From Phycisphaerae bacterium (GTDB lineage Bacteria; Planctomycetota; Phycisphaerae; UBA1845): DNA of 64,000 nucleotides. Below, one piece after another: positions 37,901-46,319 of this stretch (the first letter of the stretch is position 1; each line of letters starts with the position of its first letter). A program made the position numbers and the translations under genes. The notes under the pieces are model-generated. The model was not told where the DNA came from, made no database searches, and saw only the letters and a list, made by a program, of their open reading frames with translations. The DNA lies in NCBI GenBank assembly GCA_963666835.2, contig CAXXGO010000006.1:352001-416000 (forward strand), read 5' to 3'.

Positions 37901-39467
37901 AAAGGTCGATCGGTGGATATCTCGTCGCCTCGTCCCCCTCTCCAATCGTGCTGCCCCAGACCGAGTAATCATCCTGGAAAGGCGCCCCGTTGATTAGCGC
38001 AACTTCGTCATCTACGCCCTTCTTGTATGCCTGCACTGTCAACAAGGTTGTCTCATCCATAAGTTCGGGAAGACGCCCGAACTCCCAGTCGGATTGCGGA
38101 AGATGCGAGTAGATTGACCGCCACTGTCGCCATGCGTCATTGCCATTGGGCGGAACATCCTCGCGAGAGATGCAATCGCTCTCGGGATGCTCAAACACAA
38201 ATGCGATGGTCCACTCCGCCGCGGCGGGGTCTGTCTCATCCGCGTCTGCCGAGAACAGCCGCACTGTGCGCAGTCTCTTATGCGGAAGCCGCCAGGCATT
38301 GGGGGTTGGGTGATATGCCTCCGGCAGGTGTCCAAAGCTGGAATCACCCTGATTCTGCTCTGAGATGAAGGGAGCGTGGAGAACGCCGTTCGGCGGTACC
38401 TTGAAGTCGGTGTGCCAGCCGTATTTGGGTACTCGATCAAAAACCACGCGGTTGCCGTACTCGTCCCCGACGGCGGATGCTACCGATGCTCCGGACACCG
38501 CTCCGTCTTCGTCCCATTCGCCGTTGGGAATCGTGGCTTGCCGCGGCCACGTGGCGGAGCGCTCGAAATCCACGAGAAGGCGTCCCCCGTCTAGTTCGAG
38601 CTTCTGATACGTGTAAATGTTGTGGTAGTTCGGAAAGTAATCTTTGCCGATGCGAACGTTGCTGCCGTTCAGGTCGAGCGACACATTGAACACCGGGTCC
38701 AAGCCGCGAGCATGAAGCCAGGGCTCGCGAAACGCCGACGGGCACTCCCCGGTCAGCGTCCCGTCGAGGTTTGCGCGGATCTTGCTGGCCTGATACAACC
38801 CTCGCGACAGTTGGAGGTTGAACGACGACCGCAGGCCCCAACCCTGAAAGCCTACCTCGGCAGATGGATTGTAGATGGTTGGTTTGTGGACGTTCGTCTC
38901 GGCTTCATTGGGGCAGATCACTCCATAGTCCGGCGAAGGACCGAATTCGAGTGCCCAATACGGCTGGCCCCCGAGCCAATTCGGGCTGGCGCGGTAGCCG
39001 TGCCACGAGATGTCCTCGCCCGGATGCCAGCGAGCTTCCGTCCAGGGCAACGAGAAGTCGCTCGGTCCTTGCGCAAGCGTTCCTGCGGTTCCGACCTGCG
39101 GTGACGGCTCCGAGCTGCCCAACGTACTCATCTGGTTCCGGTACACCAAAGCACCGGCGTTGAGCGTGAAGTTAAGTCCCTGTTGGGGGGCTGCCCCCGA
39201 GAACAGAATCACCCCATCCTGCCGGGCAAGCTGCGAATGGGGCGCGCGATCCGGGTGGAGCATACGATTCTCCGGCCCGTTGCCCACGCAGAAGAAGTCC
39301 TTGCTCGGTGGGATCGAGTTCATAAACGGCGAGAGCGCTTCAGGTGCAGGGTGGGCTTCAAACTCATCTTCGCCCAAAACGGAACTCGTCGCGACGTACA
39401 GCACCGTAAGCAAAGTCACAAGACCTAACCGACAGACCGTCATCTCGTCTACGGATTGCGTATGCAT
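28923..39467 (-). CDS. Giant RHS/YD-repeat polymorphic toxin: signal peptide, long novel N-terminal region, RHS core, Hint and Tox-REase-5 nuclease
   Basis: 3514 aa. RLGLVTLLTVLYVATSSVLG signal-like segment, YD repeats, NPVNRRDPAGL core end, Hint at 29951-29325, tip AYQKQITG..VKFDG..LIDAKG..QARRQ..W.VAE. No PAAR or VgrG motif recognised. Confidence 0.9.
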   Translation of the reverse strand: MHTQSVDEMTVCRLGLVTLLTVLYVATSSVLGEDEFEAHPAPEALSPFMNSIPPSKDFFCVGNGPENRMLHPDRAPHSQLARQDGVILFSGAAPQQGLNFTLNAGALVYRNQMSTLGSSEPSPQVGTAGTLAQGPSDFSLPWTEARWHPGEDISWHGYRASPNWLGGQPYWALEFGPSPDYGVICPNEAETNVHKPTIYNPSAEVGFQGWGLRSSFNLQLSRGLYQASKIRANLDGTLTGECPSAFREPWLHARGLDPVFNVSLDLNGSNVRIGKDYFPNYHNIYTYQKLELDGGRLLVDFERSATWPRQATIPNGEWDEDGAVSGASVASAVGDEYGNRVVFDRVPKYGWHTDFKVPPNGVLHAPFISEQNQGDSSFGHLPEAYHPTPNAWRLPHKRLRTVRLFSADADETDPAAAEWTIAFVFEHPESDCISREDVPPNGNDAWRQWRSIYSHLPQSDWEFGRLPELMDETTLLTVQAYKKGVDDEVALINGAPFQDDYSVWGSTIGEGDEATRYPPIDLLGTSPARPNMTFRQSLAIEPMVDYVDSDGPGDTTPPETPDGCPGIQGVDDDGDWLTDEDTNNQLPYLAGINSPAACTACQDVIRSGYDSASDCWAPGNSRYSAMPYSIGIFGATPGNYTECKNPLYWRPDSNGDPSDTPMDPFAHWDDDEDGLIDEDGEDNPLLVHLRAIPYDDTDPNSSDCASGRHPFVPATSGDHAAIMPGGDTALDCRPAGEAATLADPWTYQVQYVYARNNPIWLLLEHAPPDDGTPPDYYYNFTPKALNAPKYYYFTPFSADINGDGVDSLFYDADGDGTYDEADGDAWESSLCGGTGIDCTVMDSSTDPAAALNKPNVHSDCVPDPNFRGPQDREKPWMDGFTSDSPPAAPSGVNLIKRIVRVRPDQDAPDNYIEQVWLYRYNDFGFLKAVFDPQAVQAIIDADPTISEPDDILRLADTAAVGPDGDELPLIMYASQWYTYYNPYTLRDAGIEPCYDDAPYIGRCWDYPTLGMPDSPLNYLPANVCDGEGLWQDAYSPEIHTDPDCSPFVRQDCGWCFARYACGGEGCKAACSCPENAGTYDPTELERMGIPDAVPRLRKHMIKTARMRGGDGEMHLYRFDYLGAASGVYADANRITSFADPHNITIVDEILPQTSEEFYGDSDDRSDFPIYEDDFRLVLDAAPAEDRPASFGGVSGLSLTSHYFRMPAKVKTRRVVVMNYYGIALSDRLILTPGYDGDRTSLVDDQRYELVNERGQAKHIYDESWVAALRHNGIEAVKDTGRVVTHLFGGEGGWHSVLRGIAKGSKGGNLYNQQCKTPSVLESVPVQRVMPEQLTIVGLTQHYERQPDTSDPTVVLDLPLVEASYYEWPELDSDDYADLVNDPAGTVGTGQCWIGDEALCVDPSEFGHKPGCFCPEGYPCMDFLRYVDLQNQEPVTLLSLPEDGAILVNYDYTFHGEDDNKQDVVKWKWRWEEVVDRENGGTDNVALEMWYFDTSGRLRLYGRGSGVAPTVSAPVDPPLIGGGSPIAGKVVLPATTTASHPTPTAPFFLTYYGFDDLGRPNIEINDFDLDALATLDSEVSENATCADVGFARHGDAGAPDAVNLASVRQFDDVGLLSSQTAGIPMSGAFTDDPSLWTPDDWAQSIRTDHKILANRTLRHTSGSVTSLEWQDPYVYEITYEGVEEKSVGEGSEDHVHGTTTVNVMDKSGKFIEQRIIAWNDARSDTTDKIEDFGWGISLLDYGYDGAIDAWGELSSGDGIPGDNWLNCGVNNCNQYIYGLGAGGWTPSIPMEGAAIQWPPATGDQLVTLARSFRDYRQASTLKPTHDIVFNEFKKNPSDPDVDARRTVVREYAYDLEDRIARQKEPDGTITRLLFDSKRRPTKIFKGSADGCSDWFPRVFSGSNDDMVLSEQRLYNDGDPDYESNDELVSGNDDFPNDAGKLVRVRRFTDNAESCMTSFDEDTPSRDTQYTYDWRGRPVITKEVVVDGAGHDCGNPALLSTTATVFDNLNRPVIVATWPPGGTFPTLDEIEAWAKLAPETAANEVCARTNQQSPQTVSLTLYDERGRVYEQRTYDPSRKTDDDYTFTKTYRDDLDRVTASLTPNGITVNTYDSLGRVTETSFCSEEGSTKGTCGGTELTRTKRTYDAFGNVLSETHFDRKHDTTGGIATTGNAVITYTYNWYHPYTKRLIATANYGTGAADGYTTNTVAPLDYNAGAPPEWVVSEYKIGQTPVSPDTAIITLYDYDAAGRRDYVRDPKGIVTKTWFDLLGRTLLVAENWDPDDGFPYEGPVRYKAYHYTRGGLQDMIVAIVPEDPTEYLDIDPTSITWTEDADNDFAGTGVSVTDATVQATRFIYNATLVNGSDSDHSDVVSHAPSLVGAIQYPATATSGGEAGQPSASDMLQFRYTVDGRVAQRTDQRNIKLDFHYGSWPTAPHDPTTPPFDQLTEVNITYPPPLPSPMDETLDTTVGVLAFDYTPRGQISTATAYSASTPAEALSEITYGYDGFGNLTDETLDPRPDVTPLFAKTVTYGWQWYQESAGKPKQNRLTDITYPSGRGFTFDYTRDGQTWTNAIGRMTGMSEVGGTNNPLIAYTTTGGGRNVKKVWGDDNDVILDYTTPNALDRFGRVAAMTFTSSNNPGVPLHMYEYKHDANGNRTSAFILQAGDISGYNWQRSYIYGYDNLNRLVFAECGEHALEGKIADGGTGQAWNLDVLGNWSGGSSNDSFISYTVGSLAGNDPGYDFGTDTWIEKRHDTTDEANRINTLRTEANGEPVENDDFYYDAAGNLVLDDEKFYKYDAWNRVVEVHDKGDYHVDAAGDLAGTDLGDLIATYDYDVLGRMIHKTVSGSGDLNTTGDGDYFYYDGHRLLEHHKHNGTSLALHRQYVYGLDYIDEVVAYYDSDETPTDPHFILQDANYNVVATTDHDGHLEQQYNYKPYGERLAAERIESDGTITDILGTPSLIATTKGHQGLDHMPEIDAVNNRTRILKPKLGRFMQEDPNETSLVLVDVMLTNAQNAFASAAMSAGGQHIDGPNLYQYLGSNPVNRRDPAGLYGDNAYEGPEAWDLAMQIPGDNFAAYAYATQTLNIGIDVVKGFALMALSFTPAGMVIDAMDAYQTLRKNPGDWDFWDVASIGGTALSAAVPFGKLVTSAFKYVRKGIKTGKGRQLAKVAARGVCFLAGTLVVTPEGRTAIESLRVGDRVLTTDQGLPSEPEPAPGTWRQVTLKMVNPESEGDILDIEVLRPLAWVESVRATEGATILFGLPEMGLKGPATVVSVSDCPAIKPPPGRVVLGTVSHLNGYVYELRFDGHDEPLYPTRRHRLFSVDRDSWVQTGDLRIGEKLKTIGGNATIRSVRKYPGVHRVHNLDIQTDDCYYVGHVEALSHNTNPCARGAAAGGVWTKASEGMSAQARAYQKQITGRTGQAFTVNGVKFDGVTEAGVLIDAKGPGYANFVRNGRFQSWFAGEGEILQQARRQTQAAAGGPILWHVAEGEAASAITDLFAREGVIGIIVIHTPVAP

Positions 39468-39641
39468 TATCTTGACCCCAACTAGTCTGCGGCACCGTGC
39501 CGCCCCTCGAGTTCGTCGTTATTCATGAGGCTCGCCACTCCGCGTACCGGCATGCCGAGCCAGTTATTTTGCAATTGTGCTGCTCCAGCCAAACGATGCC
39601 GACGCACGAGATCGAGTTTGATCGCTGCGCCAAGCGAGTGG

Positions 39642-42600
39642 TCATTGAGGGGTTGCGATCTTGCAGTCCTCCGTGCAACCACTTACCGGATCCCCATTAA
39701 GAAGTGGCCCACGATCGCACTCCTCGGCAGGCCAGAACAGGTAGGCGTCATCGACCACACCGTTGCCACACAAGGGACTGGGCGTTGGTGGTGGCGGTGG
39801 CGGTGGCGGTGTCCCATCAATGATTTCGCAGGTCCATGGATTACACCACCACGCCCCGGATGCCGAAGTCCCCTCCGCAGCGCTCGCCCAATCGCATTCT
39901 TCGTCGCCCGCTTCGCACGGACCTTCGTAGCCAAGAGCGGTTAGCTCGTCGCAATGCCCCGTGCCTGCACCTTGGACAACCCCATCGCCGCAGACCCAAT
40001 GGCACGTAGCATCGCAGAACCGCCAATCCTCGAATCCGCAGTCATTACCACAACCCGGATCGCACTGCTCGCCGGGATCAATACTCCCGTTGCCGCAATC
40101 CGGCAGCTCGAAACATGCCCACTGGTTGGAGCCGTTCTTCCACGCGTATGCGCAGACTTCGTCGTCGCCATCGCACACGTCGTCGCCGTGCCACCACTTG
40201 CATCGATCAGCCGGGTAGACGTGTATGTTGTCAATAGAGAGTCTGGCCAACGTGGCAGTATCACCCTCCGCGGGTTCCGTCGTACGGGTCACGCCGACGG
40301 CCACCTTCACGCCGCGAGATTCCTCTGGAACCAGACGCCCCAATTCTGCGACTCTGGACGCCGCCGTGTGGTACTTGTTGGTGGTGCTTCCCCCATCCTT
40401 GTAATAGAAGATCTGCACAGTTTCAGAATCTCCGTACCATAGACAACCATACTCCGAATCGTAGTAGTAGAGGGCGTTCGTATTGACGAGGAAACGGAGC
40501 GTGATCAGGTCGTTCCGCGGGTAATAGGTGGCGTCTCCCACGGCGGTCGGCCCGCGCAGCGCGCTGAAGTTGTCCGAGGTACCGTAAACCGATTCGAGAT
40601 CAGCATCCTCATACTCGATCTTGATCAGATTCGTAGGTACGCCATCGCCGCTCAATCTAAGGTGGATTCGCTCGGCGTCATCGAGATCCTCGCCGCAGGA
40701 ATCCAGAACATAAAGATCGAAGGCGACTCCTGCCGTCATTGCGTCTATCTGCAGATCGATCTCAATTCCGAAGATGCTCCAATTACCGCGGTCGGGCTCG
40801 CCGAAGGCAGGAACGCTGATGCACTCCCCGAGCGGGAGTTGCTGCCCGGGAGTCTTCGCGAGCCAGGTGAATCCTTCCTCAACGTGTCCGAATACGGAGA
40901 GCTCGAGCTGGCTAATCTCGGGGTCGCCCTCTGCCGTAATCGCAGCCCCGGCGTGCCAGGTCTCTACGGGGGGATCGCCCCCGTCCGACTCCATCCAACC
41001 ATCAGCGGTTAACCACCACCCGGAATCGCGTGCAGCCTCGATGGGATCGGGGGCGACGGCAAGATCGTCAAAGGTCTCGATATACCCGTTCTCGTCGTCC
41101 GGAACGCATACCGCGGGAAAGGGCTCGCAGAGCGTCGGATCGCCCGTACAATCGACCGCCGCTCGGCAGAGATCGCTCTCGTCATCGTTGTCGCAATCGC
41201 AATCACATCGGCCACTGTAATCGCAGGCCAGTTCGTCGATCCAGTCCGAAACAAGGCAATCGTCGCCATCCGGGCAGACATCTGCACCGAAACAGATGCC
41301 GTCATTATCGTAGTCGGTCAGGTAGACGGACGGGGCACTAACACCATCGTCGCACGTGGCGGCATTACTCGCTTGACATGCCTCGCCAATGCCGTTGCGG
41401 TCGCAATCACGCTGCTCTGGGTTTGGGGTCCTGGGGCAGTTGTCGCACGGATTCGCGTGCTCGTCACCGTCAACGTCATTTTTGCCGCCGCCACCGGCAT
41501 CGGGGGGGTACCACGCGCACAGCCAATCGGCCAGCGTGGTGGAGATGTCGCGTGCCGTTCCCGGTTCGGCGGAGAAAGGCGGCAGGGGGGCTATGCGGGC
41601 AAAGTTGCCTTGTGGCTGCGGACTTGCGCAGTTAGCCACGTTAGCGATTTCATTGAGGAATCCATCTCGGCCCGGCTCGGCCGGTTGTTGGCAGTAGTCG
41701 TTACGCTCTTCACCTTCCTCTTCGACCTTGTAGGGCTCGTCTTTCTCCTCGCAGCCGTTGGGGACAAAGAGTGAACGATGCCAATCGGGACCGAGACGAA
41801 CGGTATTGACCGTGATACCAGCTTCACGCGCGGCGTTCGCCACGTCACGAATATGACAGGCTCGGTTGCAGAGTTCGTCATCGTAACAATACGCGGTCGC
41901 GTCGGCGCAGTCGACATTGGTCTCGTTACATGCGGTCTCCGATTGGCCGTAGCACGCCGGCGGGCACGGGGACGGAAGGCGGTATTCGCCCGTGCTCAGG
42001 AGGATGATGTACTTCTCGGCACCAGCGAGCGACGGTTCCTGATTCGGATCCTGCAGAAGCTGGGTTGCTTCGCGGATGCCAGCCTCCATGAGGCCGGCTG
42101 AATAGTGCCCGGAGGGCTCCAGGTTGAGTGCTCTTTGGATCAGCTCCTCACGGCGAGCTTCCGTGTACATCTGCGTCATCGGTATCCAGTTGGTTGGTGA
42201 TTCGTATTGCGCGGCGTCCAGCTGTGGAAACTGAAGGATGCCGAATGTGTAGGTATCGTCGGACCAGAGGCCTGGAAGATCGAAGAAGTCTGCGATCCCC
42301 TCTTTTGCCAACTCGAAGTAGTCGGGACCGATGCGGGGGAACATGCTTTGCGAACTGTCGATTACGAAGACGATTGCTCTTTCGGGCGGATCCGGTTCCG
42401 GTAGTGGGCCCGGATCTTGCCCTCCCCCGCCTCCACCGGTGTACACGTGGCAGTCGTCACCATCGCAGACGATGTTAGCGAGCTGCGCATCGATGATCCC
42501 TGCGAGGTCTGGGGGAATAGTGATCTCGTACCCCTGGTCCGGTTCTTCCAAGCCTCCGCCCTCGCTGCGGGCGGCCTGGCTGGGGGTGGGTTCGGCGGTC

Positions 42601-42680
42601 CAGTTGAGGACGCCGTAGAACAGCGCTACGCAGAGGCCGGCGAGTAGCGATACGAGCACTTTCCTTCTGAGCAAGAACAT
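39642..42680 (-). CDS. Exported VWA-domain, Cys-rich protein with TSP3-like and CGNG..GE.CD repeats
   Basis: 1012 aa. N-terminal hydrophobic helix, IVFVIDSSQSM (MIDAS DxSxS), DNCPRTPNPEQRDCD, several CG(N/D)G..E.CD repeats, poly-Pro linker. Confidence 0.8.
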   Translation of the reverse strand: MFLLRRKVLVSLLAGLCVALFYGVLNWTAEPTPSQAARSEGGGLEEPDQGYEITIPPDLAGIIDAQLANIVCDGDDCHVYTGGGGGGQDPGPLPEPDPPERAIVFVIDSSQSMFPRIGPDYFELAKEGIADFFDLPGLWSDDTYTFGILQFPQLDAAQYESPTNWIPMTQMYTEARREELIQRALNLEPSGHYSAGLMEAGIREATQLLQDPNQEPSLAGAEKYIILLSTGEYRLPSPCPPACYGQSETACNETNVDCADATAYCYDDELCNRACHIRDVANAAREAGITVNTVRLGPDWHRSLFVPNGCEEKDEPYKVEEEGEERNDYCQQPAEPGRDGFLNEIANVANCASPQPQGNFARIAPLPPFSAEPGTARDISTTLADWLCAWYPPDAGGGGKNDVDGDEHANPCDNCPRTPNPEQRDCDRNGIGEACQASNAATCDDGVSAPSVYLTDYDNDGICFGADVCPDGDDCLVSDWIDELACDYSGRCDCDCDNDDESDLCRAAVDCTGDPTLCEPFPAVCVPDDENGYIETFDDLAVAPDPIEAARDSGWWLTADGWMESDGGDPPVETWHAGAAITAEGDPEISQLELSVFGHVEEGFTWLAKTPGQQLPLGECISVPAFGEPDRGNWSIFGIEIDLQIDAMTAGVAFDLYVLDSCGEDLDDAERIHLRLSGDGVPTNLIKIEYEDADLESVYGTSDNFSALRGPTAVGDATYYPRNDLITLRFLVNTNALYYYDSEYGCLWYGDSETVQIFYYKDGGSTTNKYHTAASRVAELGRLVPEESRGVKVAVGVTRTTEPAEGDTATLARLSIDNIHVYPADRCKWWHGDDVCDGDDEVCAYAWKNGSNQWACFELPDCGNGSIDPGEQCDPGCGNDCGFEDWRFCDATCHWVCGDGVVQGAGTGHCDELTALGYEGPCEAGDEECDWASAAEGTSASGAWWCNPWTCEIIDGTPPPPPPPPTPSPLCGNGVVDDAYLFWPAEECDRGPLLNGDPVSGCTEDCKIATPQ

Positions 42681-43117
42681 AGTCCGCCCCTTAACTGGGG
42701 AACCCCTCGTGGGTCCGGTGTTGCCGTGTTTACTAGTGGGGTATGCCCGTGTGCCCTTACAGGACAGGTGGAGGACAGTAAGCAGTACCCCGACCGTTGC
42801 AGGGTTATCGACAAGTCCTGGGGAACACTGAAGAATGAATCAATTGAAACTTAGCGCCGCCATACGAGGCGCAGTGGCCGTGAACGAGGGTGGCCTCCGG
42901 GGACACGCACGGGCGGCTTCAAACGCGACGCCGCAGATCCGCGAAGACGATCGGCTTATGTTGCTCAAGCCGCCCCGAAGGTGTCACTGGCACTCTTGAT
43001 TCTCTTGTAGGGACCCCAGTTTCGCGGAAGATGCGGCCCCAGGCGGTGACGCCAGACTCGGCTCTGCCGACCACCCCGACCTTCTGCGAGAGAGTCAACC
43101 CCGGCGCGCGATCGACG

Positions 43118-43663
43118 CTACGGAGCCGCCTTCTGGTAAGGGGAGTAGATCAGGTAACTTACGACCACTTCCGCGTTCCATTTGTCGGGCTCCGGCTTGC
43201 GGGGGGTGCTGAGGCGGAGGCTCGAGATACTCACTGTGGCGTCTGAATCGATCAGGTGATATCCGAAGGAGACCAACTGCCGCATGGAGACTTCCTCAAA
43301 CGACAGCCGAGTGCCCAAGCGCTTATACGGCGAACGCGGTACGCGAACCGGCTGGGCGGGATCGTTTCCAATCCAACAGGCCTCCGCCATCTGGGCCGCA
43401 GACATGGCACTCCGGACTTGGGCGAGCAGCTCGTCGTTGGCTCGTTCGCGTTCTGCGGCCAACCGGGGCGCGGAGCGAAGGGCGGTAATCCGCTGCACAT
43501 CCCCGCTCATCTGCTCCAACTGCGTAACGAGCGTTCCATAGGAGCTGCGGTTGGAGGCCAGGCTCCGCGACTCCACCCAACTCCAAAGGCCTAAGACCAT
43601 CAACAGACAGACCAATACCGCGGTAGTCCGGCGCACAGTACTATGGTTGTGGTTATCAGTCAT
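43118..43663 (-). CDS. gspM: Type II secretion protein M-like
   Basis: Single TM, coiled coil and small C-terminal domain; overlaps the L-like gene at the operon end. Confidence 0.6.
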   Translation of the reverse strand: MTDNHNHSTVRRTTAVLVCLLMVLGLWSWVESRSLASNRSSYGTLVTQLEQMSGDVQRITALRSAPRLAAERERANDELLAQVRSAMSAAQMAEACWIGNDPAQPVRVPRSPYKRLGTRLSFEEVSMRQLVSFGYHLIDSDATVSISSLRLSTPRKPEPDKWNAEVVVSYLIYSPYQKAAP

Positions 43664-45044
43664 CCGCTTCAGTAGACCTCACAATCGTCATCCGGAAGTC
43701 CACGGTCCCGTCCTTGCGCAACTTGGTCCGCGGCGGCTCCGCGGCCAGGCCGGGAGCCCGGTTGAGAGCTTGAACAAGATCCCCAGCCGCACCGTGGGAC
43801 GACGTCCGGCCGGCAACTGTCATACTCTCGTCATCCGCCATCAGTTCGGTCACGTGGAGCTTCAGCTTGGCGGGGATATGCTCGGCCACTCCCTGCATGA
43901 ATTCCAACACGGCCGAGCCCGGCCGGCGCGGCTCGCCGCCATCGCCACCGGTGGCGTCTGTCAGCCCCTCCAGCTTGATTCGCTCCGAACGGAGTCGCAG
44001 CGCCGCCTCCGGGGGTGCGGACTCGCCCGGATAGACTTCCGCATACACCGCGCTCCGCAACGGCCGAAGCTCCTCGGCCCCATGAACACAGGCGAGGTTC
44101 TGGAAGCGCAGCCGGACACAGAAGATCAACAGGAACACGGCCAGAGCGACAGCGCAACGCTGGAGCCGCCTCTGCACGGGCAGCCATTGCCCGGGTGAAG
44201 CCAGCGCCCCGCTCCGGAGGTTCACTGCCACGTCAGCACTCAAAGCCGCGTTGTGGATCAGTTCGAGGGACGCGGGGCGGTCGACTGCCTCCGCCGTTAC
44301 GCCGTCAGCCGCAAATGCCTGCAGCAACTCCGCAGGGACTCCCTCCGCGCGATAAGTGAGGACTTTCCAATGGGCGCAGGACGCTGCGGAACTCAGGGCT
44401 ACGCCGGCGATCTGCCGCTTTACCTGTTCGACATCCGGTGTGGCCGGTGATGCCGCGTTGTGAATCTGAGCAAGCTCGCCGGAGGACGAGTTCAACACGG
44501 CCAGACTTATATGCCGCTCGTCCAGCAGCGCCAGACCGTGCGTACCGCTACCGCGATCAGCGTCAATAGAACCGCCGAGCAACAATACATCCACAACGAT
44601 GTCTTCGACAACGATATTGCACGCTTCGATGCGTTCGATCAGTCCGGCCAGCGGGTCGGTGAAGACGCCGACTACCACCGCTCGTTTGCGGTCCAGCCGA
44701 CCGACCGCACACGTCAGGCTCTCCAAATCAACCGGGACGAATTGCTCGAACTCGAACAATGCGGCTTGGTCGTCCCACTTGTCTTCGGGTAGATCTACAA
44801 CGTGTATCAAGCACCAGCCGGCCGGGATCACCAGGCGGCACGCGGACCCGTGTGGTAAATCGCTCTTAAGGTGCGGACAGAGTTCATCCGCCAGCGGATC
44901 GAGATCGTGCTTCTTTCGGGGCAGCACACCGCACCCGATCGCGTATTCGTGCAGGTCTACGCAAGATGAGCGGCGTTGCTGCCTTTCATAGCGGGCAACG
45001 AACGTGGCCTCGTCGGATACCTGGATTATCGTCTGCGGTGTCAC
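43656..45044 (-). CDS. gspL: Type II secretion protein L-like
   Basis: Cytoplasmic region with FEFEQFVPVDLE, VNLRSG before a single TM, and a PilN-like periplasmic end. Confidence 0.75.
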   Translation of the reverse strand: MTPQTIIQVSDEATFVARYERQQRRSSCVDLHEYAIGCGVLPRKKHDLDPLADELCPHLKSDLPHGSACRLVIPAGWCLIHVVDLPEDKWDDQAALFEFEQFVPVDLESLTCAVGRLDRKRAVVVGVFTDPLAGLIERIEACNIVVEDIVVDVLLLGGSIDADRGSGTHGLALLDERHISLAVLNSSSGELAQIHNAASPATPDVEQVKRQIAGVALSSAASCAHWKVLTYRAEGVPAELLQAFAADGVTAEAVDRPASLELIHNAALSADVAVNLRSGALASPGQWLPVQRRLQRCAVALAVFLLIFCVRLRFQNLACVHGAEELRPLRSAVYAEVYPGESAPPEAALRLRSERIKLEGLTDATGGDGGEPRRPGSAVLEFMQGVAEHIPAKLKLHVTELMADDESMTVAGRTSSHGAAGDLVQALNRAPGLAAEPPRTKLRKDGTVDFRMTIVRSTEADD

Positions 45045-45075
45045 GGAAGACCGTCCATCCCTAATATCGACCTTG

Positions 45076-45597
45076 TCATCTTCGTTGGCTCTTACTCTTC
45101 TTGCGTTGTTCGGGCACTTTGATCTCGTAGACCCGGCTCCCGCTTCGCACCTTCGCCCAGCCCGGGCCGATTTTGGAGATGGCCAGGCCGTCTATCGTTG
45201 ACCCGGACGGACGAACGCGCAAGTCCCCGCCGGTCGTAATGAACACGCCCCATCCTTGCTCGTGCTCGATGAAGGTGGCTATCAGCTTCGGCAATGCCAC
45301 CGGCTTGGGGGGCGGCGGTGGTTTCGGAGGCGGGGGCGGCGGTTTGGGCGGCGGCTCAATGAGCACCTGGCGCAAGTCCCGCTCCCAGATTCCGGAAAGC
45401 TGGTTCAGAGTGAGGTCGTCATCCGATCCGGGCTCATTCGATTCCGCGCCGCCGGCAGCCGAGGCGAGTCGAGGGCCGGGTAGCGGTTTGATCAACAGCA
45501 CGCTGTCGATGGCGAGCCAGACCGCACCCGCTATGATGCCCCATTGGGTGAATCGCGCCAGACGCTCCATCCGTCCGATCGACCGCAACGTCGCCAC
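45076..45597 (-). CDS. Possible type II secretion protein C-like
   Basis: N-terminal TM, poly-Pro linker, LPKLIATF...IDG..I..I beta domain; located in the operon. Confidence 0.5.
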   Translation of the reverse strand: MATLRSIGRMERLARFTQWGIIAGAVWLAIDSVLLIKPLPGPRLASAAGGAESNEPGSDDDLTLNQLSGIWERDLRQVLIEPPPKPPPPPPKPPPPPKPVALPKLIATFIEHEQGWGVFITTGGDLRVRPSGSTIDGLAISKIGPGWAKVRSGSRVYEIKVPEQRKKSKSQRR

Positions 45598-46319
45598 TAC
45601 ATCGCCCCCCTAAAGAGAGCCTGGGGCTTGGCACCGTCCAGAGCCACGACGACATACCACCGGCGAATGTCCGGACCGATAGAGGTAACGACCTCCAGAC
45701 CCATCAACCGGCCCGAGGCCTGCCAGAACGTGAGTAGATCCGACCAGACCTTCTCGGAGTCGCGTTTGAACGGATCTTGGTCCTGCAATTGCCGACGGAA
45801 CACTCCGTTCGGACTCTGCGGTTGGACCAACTGATCGAACCACACGAAGCTCGGCCAGCCTTCGGTCTCCTTGGTCCGGTGGATCGGGCGGAGTTTGATC
45901 TCCTCCTCGGCCAGCTCATTGGCTCGGGCGAGTTGGCGGAGGCGCTCCGTCGGGCCGGCCTCGCCGGTGGACCCGCGAACGCGGAGCTTCTCACTCTCGG
46001 CCTGGACGGCACATTTGACCTCGCAGGGTCCGACCGTCATCTGGACTAGCCGCCGATCAGTTTCCTTGCCGGGAGCGGGGGCCTTCTCCAGCAACTTGGG
46101 GAGATGTCGGATCAAGCTGTCCACCGCCAGCTCATGATCGAGGTCCAAGGCAACGTAGTCGGCCCGCACGGTCTCGGTAGCGGCCAGCATGGCCAGCCCC
46201 GTTCCCGTCGCGGACAACATCGCCACGAGCATGAGCACCAGCACCAACGCGAACGCCCGTTTCGGACGGCCGCTTGTCCTGATCGTTTTCCCCATGGCAA
46301 CGACTCTAGCTTTGCTCAC
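45597..46319 (-). CDS. gspK: Minor pseudopilin K-like (short)
   Basis: RAFALVLVLMLVAML class III signal lacking Glu+5, typical of GspK; follows the J gene. Confidence 0.65.
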   Translation of the reverse strand: MSKARVVAMGKTIRTSGRPKRAFALVLVLMLVAMLSATGTGLAMLAATETVRADYVALDLDHELAVDSLIRHLPKLLEKAPAPGKETDRRLVQMTVGPCEVKCAVQAESEKLRVRGSTGEAGPTERLRQLARANELAEEEIKLRPIHRTKETEGWPSFVWFDQLVQPQSPNGVFRRQLQDQDPFKRDSEKVWSDLLTFWQASGRLMGLEVVTSIGPDIRRWYVVVALDGAKPQALFRGAM

